Below are positions 52,350-64,000 of a stretch of DNA of 64,000 nt, one piece after another. Below the pieces are notes generated by a model. The model saw only the letters and a list, made by a program, of their open reading frames with translations. It was not told where the DNA came from and made no database searches. The DNA is from Eledone cirrhosa (lineage: Eukaryota). Position 1 is the stretch's first letter. The number at the start of each line of letters is the position of its first letter. The position numbers and the translations under genes are program-made. The stretch spans positions 157,418,001 to 157,482,000 of the forward strand of contig OZ024743.1 in assembly GCA_964016885.1 (NCBI GenBank). Reading direction: 5' to 3'.

Positions 52350-52680
52350 AAAACCATATACTGCCTGTGTATTTACTATGATTATGGGAGAGCCTGTATA
52401 CAGAAGTTGATCGCCGCACCCAGTCGGCTGCAGACACTTTCGAAAAGCTCAACGAACACCTACGGAGACGACGTAGCATAAAACTAGTGGTATCCTGTCA
52501 GCTGTATACCGCTGAGACCTACACACTCTATCTCCAATATATTAAAAAAAGCTTGTGAACTACCAATTATGAATATTTCCTGGTGAGACTTCATTCCAAA
52601 ACTGGTGGTTCTGCAGCGCAAAAATATGCTTAGCGTTGTCTCCATTCTACCGGAATTGCATCTACGCTGTGTTGGTAATG
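52350..52680 (+). mobile_element. Degenerate RTE-clade LINE fragment (region after the RT)
   Basis: EVDRRTQSAADTFEKL and LYTAETYTLY-like peptides. Confidence 0.45.
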
Positions 52681-53344
52681 TAATTTGTTTTTTTGTTACC
52701 TGTTCAGATTTTAGCTGTCTGATGAGATCATAGCTGTTGCATTATGCTTATCAACAATATATATATAACAGCGAAGTTAATTTTAACCTGTTGAGTTACA
52801 CTTCTTGTTTATATATATATAGGGAGAGTATTTACGTATCGAGAGAGAGAAAAAAGGAAGAATAGGTAATGCATGTAGTTATTTGCCAAATAGTGTATGC
52901 AGAAGGTGTTCAATGCCGGCAGTATTAAATATTAGAAGTGTTAATATTTAGTGGGCGAAAGAGTTTGCAGAGCGTAAGCACGTGGAAAAGTAAGAAATCG
53001 GAGAACAGACCGTTAATACATGTTTATTTAAAACAGCACCTACGTACGTTTCTCCCAGTTGGGCTTCTCAAGGGCATAAATAACCAAAAGTGTTCCTTAC
53101 ATTGTACGGAAAATGTTTTTAGGGTTAAATTCACGTCATAGTTCATTCTTCGCAAAAAAAGCGTGTTTTGATTTTGCAGTAAGTCAAGGGAGATAACTCT
53201 GGCTGGTGTTAGGGCAGTCTTTACCGGACACATTTTTTATCCATTACACGATGTGGTTACAAATTTACCATTGTCGATACGCACAAGGTCAGGTAATCAA
53301 CGCTTATTTCGAGACGTTTGTGTAGCTGCACCTGCCCGCCTGGG

Positions 53345-54010
53345 TCATTTGAAGCTGGGTCTGGGATGCATGGTTATTTTCCTGGATGTTATTTTGCAGC
53401 GTCTGCCTGCCGGGGTGTTAAAGCTTGTTGCAGGGAGACACGGTACACGGTTACACGCCTCATCCTTACCCCATCTGAAGAAGGATATTTTAAAGCGATG
53501 TGTACAGCTTATCGTCGTTTCAGCTCTGCTGTTGATGAGCTCGTGGGGTGCAGTTATGATGTGGTAGAACTCCATGAAGCAAAGGTGGCACTTCCTCTTG
53601 AAGTTGTACGGTGCAGCCCTGCCGACAATATCCCGGTGCGTGGAGAAGCTGTATTTTAATCATGTGGTGTAGGCCGCGTGCGAAGTGGAGTGTCTTAATT
53701 TCTTATTTGTGAAAGAGTGGAGATGTGTTCGAAATCTATTTTGAACAGGACCAGAGGTAGCCACTATATAATGTTTAACGCTATTGTGGCTAGTTACAGT
53801 ACACCTATATATAACTCTATCAGTCAAGCAGTATCCTCTAAGGGGGCAGCGTCCCTGTCGCGGCAGTTGCAATTTCTGTCGCGGTTCCTTCTAATTTCCT
53901 CGGTAAGGCTATCATTATTGCTATCTACGTTGTTATCTACGCTCCTGCACCTGTCGTTAGCACCATTATAACCCACAGTGCGCGGGGTGGTACGATTATT
54001 ATTCCGCACG
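53345..54010 (-). mobile_element. Naiad-type PLE GIY-YIG fragment, inverted
   Basis: CNC..CPLRGYCLTDRVIYRCTV..HYIVATS..NRFRTHLHSF, CHLCFME, LINSRAE..CTH; homologous to 6483-7037. Confidence 0.8.
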
Positions 54011-54013
54011 TCA

Positions 54014-54974
54014 TGTTGGAGAACCAGCCATTACCCATGTCTCTCAAGTGTATCCCCTTACCCAGTAGACAAACCTACCTCAAACAACTTATAGACGCTA
54101 CTAACTCGTTTATACGGAGAGTCAGATGGAAGGCCTACCGCCTGGATAAGAGCACCCGTAACCTTCCTGAACCTAAATAGAGGTATGGCTTCAAAACATA
54201 CCGAAACGCACCGCACAAAACCTTACTAGACTCCTTTGAGGAGGACCTGCTGAAAATGATCAGAAACGTTAAGTTCAGAAAGAAACACCGATGCAGCAAT
54301 CCATTCTTAACATCCCTGGATACACTCATCACTAAGATCAAGAATGACCCGTACCTCTTCGTCACCTCCGACAAAACCAAGAAGCTGTACAAGATGGACG
54401 CGAGCAAGAATAAAAAATTCATTTATAAGGAACTACACAAAGACTACAAAAAGACACCCTTTAGTACCCTAGATGACATAAATAGAGTAGGAAAGGATAT
54501 AGTTACCAGCTTAGAAATAGAAAAGTACTCTAACTCGTACGTCCCTCTGACGCCTAGATTCTCTCTTAAGGATCACAAATGTAACTTTAATGAAAGCCCC
54601 TCTATTAGACTAATATGTCCCTCTACATCTGATATAGGTAAGATTAGCAAAGTGATCCTCGATGGAGTATTACTGGAGCTTAATGGAAAGGCTAAGGTCT
54701 GCCTCTGGGGAAACACCGACCAGGTCATAAATTGGTTCACCGAGTTGCCGATAAAGTGACCCTGACTTTCATCCAGTTTGACATCGATAGTTACTACGCC
54801 TCTATCTCCCCTATACTCTTAAATAAGGCACTCATATTAGCTAAATCTAGCACTAGCCTCACTAAAAAAGAAATAGACATAGTTCTAGCGGCGCGTAGAA
54901 ACATTATCCAGTTCGAAGGCTCCCACTGGATCAGAACCAACCGTCCTGGTAACTTCAATATCATGATGGGGTCC
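54014..54974 (+). mobile_element. Naiad-type PLE N-terminus and first half of the RT
   Basis: SLKCIPLP..YLKQLI..FIRRVRWKA, SDKT, RFSLKDHK, SIRLICPS.SDIGKISK, QFDIDSYYASIS; breaks at the MGS motif. Confidence 0.85.
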
Positions 54975-55089
54975 ATTTAATATAGAAATGGCTTTTCTAG
55001 GATTAGAACTGTTTCATTCGGAAGAAATCATGAGGAAATCATCCGAATGAAACAGCTCTAGTCCTTTAGAAGCCATTTCTATATTAAAT
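54975..55089. repeat. Imperfect inverted repeat (arms about 48 bp) at the PLE breakpoint
   Basis: atttaatatagaaatggctt...gtttcattcgga paired with tccgaatgaaac...aagccatttctatattaaat. Confidence 0.85.
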
Positions 55090-55177
55090 ATTTATACTCT
55101 GGTTTTTATTGAATACCTTACGTACTGTGGGTACACTGATTGAACCCGGGATAAACACGCACACACACACACATATG

Positions 55178-55304
<127 letters not shown>

Positions 55305-55636
55305 TATATATAAGGACCATTTATGTGTCCATCGCACTGAACTGCATAAAAGTTATTTGGGGTAAAGTTCTGTATTAGAATAGAATCACAATTCCAAAGG
55401 AGATTAATTCTTTATAAGGGAAGCAAACAATAACCTGCGTTGTATCGTATGAACATCTGAAGTGAAAAATATTCCGGAAATATACGCTTTCAAATGCTGT
55501 TGATGAGGAAGTCAGTATATACATAAAACCTCCGATAATTGAATTCGCATTCTGAAAGATAAAACTCCATGCAACCTAAAGTATTACTGAAGGCGCATGA
55601 CTGTGTGCGATATACACACACACACACACTCACACA

Positions 55637-55717
<81 letters not shown>

Positions 55718-55724
<7 letters not shown>

Positions 55725-56047
55725 TGAAAAAGAACAAAGGAAGTATTATGACATTATAACAAGTTTATTGCGGACAGCCGTTTCGTCCGACCACATGATG
55801 GGACTTATCAAGGCATATAACAGGTGATTGTAAGTTCATTATTTACATCAACGTTTCACTCAAGATATATATATATATACCACGATTTCAAACTGCTAAT
55901 CTTGAGTGAAACGTTGATGTAAATAATGAACTTACAATCACATGTTATATGCCTTGAAAAGTCCCACCATATGGTCGGACGGAACGGCTGTCGGTAATAA
56001 CCTTGTTATAATCTCATAATAGTTCCTTTGTTCTTTTTCATTAATAT
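55718..56047. repeat. Inverted repeat (arms about 149 bp), each arm carrying a degenerate hammerhead-like motif; probable PLE pseudo-LTR pair
   Basis: 55718-55866 is the reverse complement of 55899-56047 with scattered mismatches; motif gcc-TTGA(T/A)AA-gtcc..ggac-G(A/G)AAC-ggct-GTC. Confidence 0.8.
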
Positions 56048-56149
56048 TTCTGCTCTGCTTATACGCATAGAGCTTAACTAGCTACCGTCGCATATTTGGT
56101 AGGTCAGGCGTGATCATCGCGATTCACGTACGACCTACCATACATCTTG

Positions 56150-56187
<38 letters not shown>

Positions 56188-56813
56188 AATTTGACGGGAA
56201 TAGCATAAGATTCCATGCCACTACCGGTTGCATCTCAACGTACTCAATAGGTAAGGTTATGTAAAATTCCCAGAGTACACAAAGTTAATTGCTTCAATAC
56301 GATACAAATAAATGGGTACCATAAATCTATACGCGTATTAGAATTTCGGCTACACTTAATGCAGCAACTGAGTAGCATTGCCATCTGAATCCACATGCTG
56401 TTCAATGTCTAGTATCAGGACTTCGCAACACTGGTTGAGTCTGTCAACGACCTTCCACAATTCATGCCAACCCTATCACTTCTTAGGATTAAGATCAATT
56501 CGTGTGTTAAATATCAGCTTCAACGAAACTCAATTTCAAGATGCTGCATTCGAATTCAGGCTGTTCTGTGTGGGACAGGTCTAACTTCAAATGATGATGC
56601 CCACGTTGTCGGCTTTCCAATCCACTCAAAACCTATATGAAAGTGCTTGATGACCAAATAAGCTAACCAGGCAATGATGACAGTGAATCTGCATCAGACA
56701 ATCGTCCTCCTGAAGAACTCTTGTCGATTTACATAACTGATTATCTATTTAACTAACTACACGCTTTCTATCTGTCTATCTGACAGATGTATTTATTTTG
56801 GGATAAAAATAAT

Positions 56814-56996
56814 TGTTTCTACTTTTGGCACAAGACCAGCAATTATCCTAGTGTATTACTGGTACTTTATTTTATCGACCCCGCAAGGATGAAAGTCAAC
56901 CTCGGCCGCATTTGAACTCAGACCATAAAGAGCCGTAACTCTTTGCTGCAAAGCATGGCGTCCGACCCTCTGCCGATACTGCCAATCCATCACCCT
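56814..56996 (-). mobile_element. SINE family 1 with target site duplication
   Basis: A and B boxes, family core; TSD gggataaaaataat at 56800-56813 and 57001-57014. Confidence 0.88.
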
Positions 56997-57085
56997 TTTG
57001 GGGATAAAAATAATAATAACTATAAACTACCAATCAAAATAACAGCCTTAAGAAATAAATAAAGAAGGATGAATAGTTAGATATT

Positions 57086-57102
57086 TAGATAGATAGACAG
57101 AC

Positions 57103-57153
<51 letters not shown>

Positions 57154-57275
57154 CGAAAATATATGTGCATTATGTGTGTGTATGTGTATTTGTGTGTGTG
57201 TGTGTGTGTGTGTGTCTGTGTGTTTGTGTGTGTGTGTCTCTCTCTCTGTGTTTGTGTGTGTGTGTATGTATGTGC
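57086..57275. repeat. (GATA)n followed by (GT)n microsatellite
   Basis: Directly visible. Confidence 0.9.
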
Positions 57276-58107
57276 GTAAGTTTGTGCGTTTATGTCGATA
57301 AATGTGTATCCATGTGCTGGGAAGTACGTCCCACAGAAAAATCTTGGTAATATCTAATGATTCGTCGTCGTATCAACATAGAGAATGTCTTGTAAAATAT
57401 CAAATAAACTAATTAGTTATGCATTATAATGTTTCTTTCACATGACAGGAAAGTCACGTTAGGTAGGCGTAGAATTATATTCAATTTGACCAACCTTGTT
57501 GGGATTGCATGTTTGGTATTTAGGGCATGTCCTTGATAAAACTTTGTTGGACACGACACTCAGTGTGTGAATGTGAATTATCCTTCAATACATTCGGGGA
57601 TATTGTGTGTGTGTATGTATGTGTCTATACATTAATACGTATGGATGGGTGAATACGTGTGTGTGATTGTGCCATATGTGCATATGTTTCTAACCTTATC
57701 TCTTTTGAACACACTTCAGCATATGTGCGTGCGTGAGAAAGTAAGTATCATATTTCACATATAAAGTCACTTATTTAAACATTCACCCTGACAGATACAT
57801 ATTACGTTGTAATACAATGGTATGAAATCTATTGGTATTTTCAATGTCACAGCATTAATAAAGGTAAAAAGAAACAGCTATGGGCAAAGATGCTAGTCAG
57901 GCTCATTGGCGCCATCTTGTTCAGTTAATGAAAGAGTTGATCTGTGTAATTTTCATAGTAGTAATCATGCTATCATATAGTTACAAATGTAATTCATTCT
58001 AGAGTGTTACGATTCAGCGGTGGGTCTTCGAACAAGGCAAGTCAATAGGCAAATCATTCAACGTTATAAACAAGCCTTCTCGCTCTCGCTTCCCCCCCTC
58101 TCTCTCT

Positions 58108-58168
<61 letters not shown>

Positions 58169-58288
58169 CACCTCTCTCTCTATATATATATATGTATAAA
58201 TAAATAAATATATATATATGTGTGGGCTACTCAGCCGTTAATATGCATAAGGTAAGTATATACGTTCAACAATCTGGCAGGAAGCTAT

Positions 58289-58331
58289 ACGTTGCTGACG
58301 ATAGGTAATAAGCTTGAAACTAGTACAGCGT
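58289..58331 (+). ncRNA. Minimal type I hammerhead ribozyme-like motif
   Basis: acgttg-CTGACGA-(weak stem II)-GAAAC-ta-GTA-cagcgt; stem I has 6 bp including one G-U, and the ACTAGT stem III is palindromic. Confidence 0.6.
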
Positions 58332-58675
58332 TCCTTTGTCAGTGTTGAACAAAACGAGCAACGATGGTTGCTAGACATTACGGCTTAATACGGGATGTTT
58401 GTTTACAAACACACCGAGCATTATAATAAATGTTCGGTGAATCCATACGTACATATATATATGTGTGCATGTATGTATATATATACATACTACTGTACGT
58501 CTGTATACATATATGTATGTACGTGTACATACTTATATTTAAGTAACAGCCGTACTAAGAGTGGGAAATGAAATTTCGTTTCATTTTTTCCGTTTATATA
58601 TATATATATATATATATATATCTACGGTTCTTATATATCGAGCCCTCTTTGGATTTTAGTCTTCAATTTTATTAT

Positions 58676-58725
<50 letters not shown>

Positions 58726-58748
58726 TCTGTGTTGTTTATATATGCATT

Positions 58749-58829
<81 letters not shown>

Positions 58830-58869
58830 TTGTGTGTGCGTGTGTATCTATATGTGTATGTGTAAAGAC

Positions 58870-59262
58870 CTATAGATCCGTCTCTTCTCTGTTACTGTAC
58901 GGGTTTGAGACTTGGACGCTGACCAAGAAACTCACTCAGATGTTGGATGCGTGCTACACGAGAATGTCTAGGGTGAAGAACTCAGAGCTGTACGGGATCC
59001 TCCCAAATATCAGCTCGAAAGTAACATAGAAGAGATTGAGGTTAGCTGGACATGCTCACTGACATTCTGAGTTGACACTGCACTCAGTGCTTCTGTAGGA
59101 GCCCCTACACGGACATACTTGGAGAAGGAGACCGAGGTTGACATATATTGATGCCCTAAGGACAGACACTGGTCTGTGGGAGACGCAGGACATGGCGGCG
59201 ACGATGAAGGACAGAGAACGATGGAGAGAAATCGTGGATCTCGGGAATTTTACCCGCCCTAG
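58870..59262 (+). mobile_element. RTE-clade LINE 3' fragment
   Basis: [43 protein letters not shown]. Confidence 0.75.
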
Positions 59263-59384
59263 ATAGATATATATATATATATATATCTATGGACAGTCGA
59301 TCGACTTTCGTCGAACCGAGGAAACAATGTTTCCGTTGGTCTTACCAATTGCTAATACTATCTATCGGTTGCAACTCCAGGTAG

Positions 59385-59502
59385 AAGGAGCAGCGTGAAA
59401 TAAAGTGTGTTGCTCAAGGTCATATCGCATCTCCTGGTCCAGAAATCGAACACACAACCTCACGGTTGCATATCCAATTCGCTAACCACTCAGCAACGCG
59501 CA
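59385..59502 (-). mobile_element. tRNA-derived SINE family 2, 5' fragment
   Basis: Minus strand has A/B-box-like gagtggttagc and gttcgatt, then a CCTTGAGCAACACACTT core shared with 62298-62562. Confidence 0.6.
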
Positions 59503-60192
59503 TTCACACACACACACAGACACACATATATATATATGCATATATATATGTGTATGTGTGTGTGTGTATGTGTGTGTGTGCATGCGCGTGTGTACACGTA
59601 CGTGTACACGACCTTCAATAATAGGTTTATGTAGTTTAATTACTTCAGAAATCCGACGATAATTTATTGTTATTGAGGTCTATGATAACAGTATTTTAGC
59701 AGCAGATGATTTTAGTTTCAACAGTCAAGTTTGTGAGTGCCAATCATGCCATGATCAATTCAACCATATATTTTACCCATATACCTAAAAGATATCTAAA
59801 CTATAATAAAGTAAGAAGCGCAGCACTGTTTACGGATTATAATGTTTTATCCCATTAGTAAAATAAGTTGGATTACTTTGAATAAATAATGAATGAATAT
59901 TACATAATCTATCTACTAAACTTCGTGGCTGTTCATCATTAAATATATTTTATTATTTATTTAAAGATTCACTTCTTTAACATTTTCAAATGTAAACACT
60001 TCCGGTAACGATCGCTTAAATAAACATATTAATTCTCTGTCACTAATTTTTTCTTAATGCAGGTTTATATATAATGTCGTTTTTTTTTTAATGTATCATG
60101 GATTACGTTACTGATTACATAAGAGAGTGTAACATAGTCTTCGTTCAATTTCTGTGTATATTGTCAGTTACGATTTTATTTGATGTATCATA

Positions 60193-60289
60193 TCTATACG
60201 CATATATAAGGACCATTTATGCGTAAAATATCAATACACTCACTACACATGCTAGCAGAAAACCACCCGAAACGTGGGTTTTCTGCTAG
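60193..60289 (+). mobile_element. Possible miniature non-autonomous Helitron
   Basis: Starts A|TCTATAC, ends with a subterminal hairpin and CTAG|T; an internal 5' motif recurs at about 55306. Confidence 0.4.
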
Positions 60290-61432
60290 TATTTGTAATG
60301 CTCTGAGGTTTATTCAGTTTACTTAGGCGTATATTATATGTCAAATTTAAAATGATCTATGTATAATACCATTATATACACAAGGTACTTACTAGCTTCT
60401 TGATTAAATAATTTTACGGTTTTCTAATTAACTACAGAAAAGGGCATTACGTTAGCTTCGCAAGACTACCAAGACTGACACTATTAATATTGTGCTTAAA
60501 GTCGACAACTGCAAGTAAACATGAGCAGTGATGAAATTTCAGAGGACCAACCTTTCTTCGAAGGACGGTTTATGCATAGTGGTGAGCGCGACGTTTTGGT
60601 TGTTGGATACAATATGTGTAAGAGGAAGAGAGAGATGCGTGTGAATGGAGCCAATTTATGGTCCAAAGATTGAAGCTTGTATGTTAGTGAATTCATGCCA
60701 ATGATTTGTGTGTGTATGATTAGCAGTACCGCCAACTCTGATGTGCCATTCGTTGTGCCACTCTCTTTAGATTTGTAAAGAGTCAACAATTCTTGAGAGT
60801 CTGAAGAGAAGAATCAATCTATGAGGTGCACTCTTGGCTTTCTCAAACGATTTATGTGATATAATGCTTCCATTTCGATATTTCCCCCAGCATATTTCTT
60901 CTTCATTGAATGTCATGCACCTTTATAAATTGTCTGCATTTCTGTAGATTGGATTTTCAAAGTCTGAGCTGTTGAAGACTTGTTTTCCTCTTCACACGCA
61001 ATGTTTAGTTTTCTTGCATTCTTCTGTTGTTGCATCAATTGTCTCATCTAAATCGAGTTTATTTAATATGAATAAAACGTATTATTTTATTCATTATTTC
61101 ACTTCATATATATATGATATTTTGTCTTTATCTTCTTTTTGAGATCATTACACCATATAAGTTCAAAAAATAAATTGCCATTGTATAAGGTCAATTGGCG
61201 ATCTATAAATACTGTTATTAATTCTCTATTTTCCTTGTATGTATTCATTAAATCACTTACCGAGAGCATTATTATTGTATGCTGTAATAGGGTATGTTTT
61301 ATCAATTTATTTTGCGGCATACGTTTAAATTGCTTATTAGAATTCATCGAAATATTTTCCCGTATTGAGGGTGTATTCAATTTTAGTTTTTATTTGTAAG
61401 ACTATATAATCTTCATTATATTTTATATATTA

Positions 61433-61618
61433 GAGCGGTGGATTGGCAGTATCGGTAGAGGGTCGGATGCCATGCTTTCCAGCATAGTTGCTTCCCTTTA
61501 CGATCTGAGTTCAAATCCCGCCGAGGTTGACTTTGCCATTCATTCTTACGGGGTCGATAAAATAAAGTATCAGTAATGCACTGGGTAATTGCTGGCCTTG
61601 TGCCAAAAAGTAGAAACA
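61433..61618 (+). mobile_element. SINE family 1 with 18-bp target site duplication
   Basis: A box TGGCAGTATCGG, B box GAGTTCAAATCC; TSD attatattttatatatta at 61415-61432 and 61619-61636. Confidence 0.9.
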
Positions 61619-62247
61619 ATTATATTTTATATATTATTTTGTCATTTATACGCTGTTACTATATAATTTGAACACTTGTTAAAATGTGATTTGAAATCAA
61701 TTGAGAATCATCCATATAAAACATTTCTTTCCTTCTCCCTTCTCTCCGCTGCTCTTGCTCGTCATTTCCGCTTGCTACCATCACCGCAGCCATTGTCTTT
61801 GTTGTTGTCTTTTCTAACAGCGAGCTGATGCCGAGTTGACGCATTTACTTTTCTATCTCACTGACCTGTCTGTCTATCTAATCTCTTCGTTCCCCACACA
61901 AACATCATACCAAGAAAAATATGTATTTTTTTCTTGTACGAGACATCTATTCTACGTGGCAGTTTTAGTTAAATCGTCGAAACCACAGGCGGTCTAAAAG
62001 CTGATGAATGTATTTAAATGATTGTGCGATCTTCTCTCGTCGACGTTCTTCCTTTTCTCCTTTCTTCCTATCAAGTCTGCGGGCCAACACACTCCTAGCC
62101 ACCAATTTCTATCCTTTGAGGTAAACTTCACCCGGCGCGCTGTCATTGACGGCATTTTGCCTTCTTAGCAGCTTCCTTGCTTTGAGTTCTTCCTTATATT
62201 CTACGAATTCTAATACACTTGTGCTTCGGGCACGATATTCGAGATAA

Positions 62248-62297
<50 letters not shown>

Positions 62298-62299
<2 letters not shown>

Positions 62300-62562
62300 A
62301 GTCACGTGGCAAGGGTGTTGGACTTACGATCATAATGTCGTGACTTCGATTACTGGGTTGCGTGTTGTGTTCTTGAGCAAAACACTTCATTTCACGTTTC
62401 TTCAGTATACTCATCTGAAAATGAGCACCAGCAATAACTGGGGGTTTAACCATGCGATGGACTGGCGTCCTGTCTAGTGGAGAGTCTTGTTACTCTCAGT
62501 CGTTTCACGCCATGAAACCAGAATGAGCACCGGCCAAATGAGCCTGCTTGCTTAAGATAGAC
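62298..62562 (+). mobile_element. SINE family 2 (OR-like or Meta/V-type core) inserted in (TA)n
   Basis: Degenerate tRNA head, GTGTTCTTGAGCAAAACACTT core and GATGGACTGGCGTCC motif; (TA)n on both sides. Confidence 0.7.
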
Positions 62563-62854
62563 TAATATATATATATATATATATATACTAGCATAATACA
62601 CATAAATATGACGGGGTTTATACTAAAAATAGTCCTTCATTTAATGATTCCTTGATTACCACATTCTATATAAAGATGCTTGAATACTCCTTTTTTCTTG
62701 GCCTTCTCTCTCTTATCACTTCAAATACCGTCGTATTTCATTTTATATTAATTTCAGTCAATTACAATATTTTTTACAATATTTTCTGTAATCATTATCC
62801 AAAACTAGATACATTAATAAGTATACATAAATAGATAACTATAGACTGACAGTG

Positions 62855-62936
62855 AGGCAGGCAGGCAGGCAGGCAGATAGAGATGTTGGTAGAGAGGTGA
62901 GTATGTAGGTAGATAGGTATGCAGGTAGGTAGGTAA

Positions 62937-62982
<46 letters not shown>
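62855..62982. repeat. (GGCA)n/(GGTA)n/(GATA)n compound microsatellite
   Basis: Directly visible. Confidence 0.9.
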
Positions 62983-62983
<1 letters not shown>

Positions 62984-64000
62984 CAATCAGAGGGTGTTCA
63001 ATTTCATATGAAGTACACTTAATTGTATGTCTGCACGTGCCGCCATCTTATCATTGTTGACTACGAAAAATTTGTACAAATATCTTGTTACCACACCTCC
63101 TTCATTGTTATAAAAAGACAATAGTTTTCCATTTAACTAAAATGTTTCATGTTTCTGCATATCTCTTTTTGTCATGAATCTTATAGCCATCCCATTTGTT
63201 TAACTAATATATTTAATATAATATAATTAAAGCCTGCTTCTATCATCTTCATATAGATGTATGATGTTCAAAGATATCTGTTGGACGATTCCATGTTAAG
63301 TATTAGCATTATGTATATAATTTAATAAATTATAAAATAGGTTTTTCGGCAAGAAAGGCGGCAAGTCATATCAGCGACAGACATAATGTGTTACCTTATT
63401 TTTTTCATTCTCGCTGTGATCTTATTTCAACTCCACCCCCACCCCCATATAGGTCAACTTAGCTTTCGGCCTTACTGGGTTGATTATGTTGTCTCTCCTT
63501 CTTTTTTCCATTTCTCTATCTCCCCCCCCCCCCCATCTCTCTCTATCTCACCCTCTCTCACATGTGGTTACGTTACGTTGTAAGATGAGTTGTGGAAGAC
63601 TACTGGCATCAAATATGGAACATTATGTTGTAGTACTGAAACGGTCCAAAAGCGGCCTGAATGGCATAGCAAAAATCACTAATAACTAAGACGACAGGAA
63701 GGCTAGATCATCGGACATACAAACCGAGTGCATACTATTATTGTAGTGAATGCGTCTCTCATACTTTCAGCTCATAAAACAACTTATCTCCAGGAGTGTA
63801 GAATAATATGGAACTGTAGTTAATTGCGCCTCTCGCAAACACTTACACACAAACGTTTCTTAGGAATAGTATATATTTATTTTAATTAATCCTTTCAGAT
63901 GTGGCCAAGGTGTATTAAGCCAGCACTTTCTTCACGGTATCTAAATATCTGGTGCCTATACATATCTATCGTTTATAATATTCTTACGGGAAAAACAAAA

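Noticed and set aside
52700-52760. Hammerhead around CTGATGA
   Set aside because: No GAAA or consistent stems on +; the minus-strand candidate is too degenerate.
60496-61060. Host exon or transposase remnant
   Set aside because: No recognisable motif and stops in the frames examined; a translated search would be needed.

Overview
AT-rich, microsatellite-dense eukaryotic (animal) DNA with no recognisable host gene. The tRNA-derived SINEs resemble octopus OK/OR-type SINEs, so a cephalopod origin is plausible but is an inference. The window is almost entirely retroelements. Its core (about 15.9-47.2 kb, with a smaller repeat of the pattern at 1-4.6 kb) is a chain of non-LTR retrotransposons joined end to end through (TTA)n/(TAA)n tracts. 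The chain has L1/Tx1-clade elements (APE endonuclease + RT, always on +, (TTA)n tails), two distinct R4/Dong-clade families A and B (RT + CCHC + restriction-like endonuclease, always on -, (TAA)n tails) and tRNA-SINEs with TTA tails. Also present are Naiad-type and Penelope/Poseidon-type Penelope-like elements with hammerhead-like motifs, RTE elements, a possible mini-Helitron and several fold-backs. Main observations: (1) a putative 52-nt intron overlapping the Tx1 ORF1 stop whose removal fuses ORF1 to ORF2 in frame, and one copy carries that fusion directly in the DNA; (2) the two divergent Dong families share a ~0.7 kb 5' leader whose motifs also occur in Tx1 5' UTRs; (3) the SINE and Tx1 share a 3' terminal motif, and SINE target duplications begin with ATTAT, suggesting a Tx1-driven SINE that seeds new targets. 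All calls come from reading the sequence by eye; no database search or computed alignment was run.
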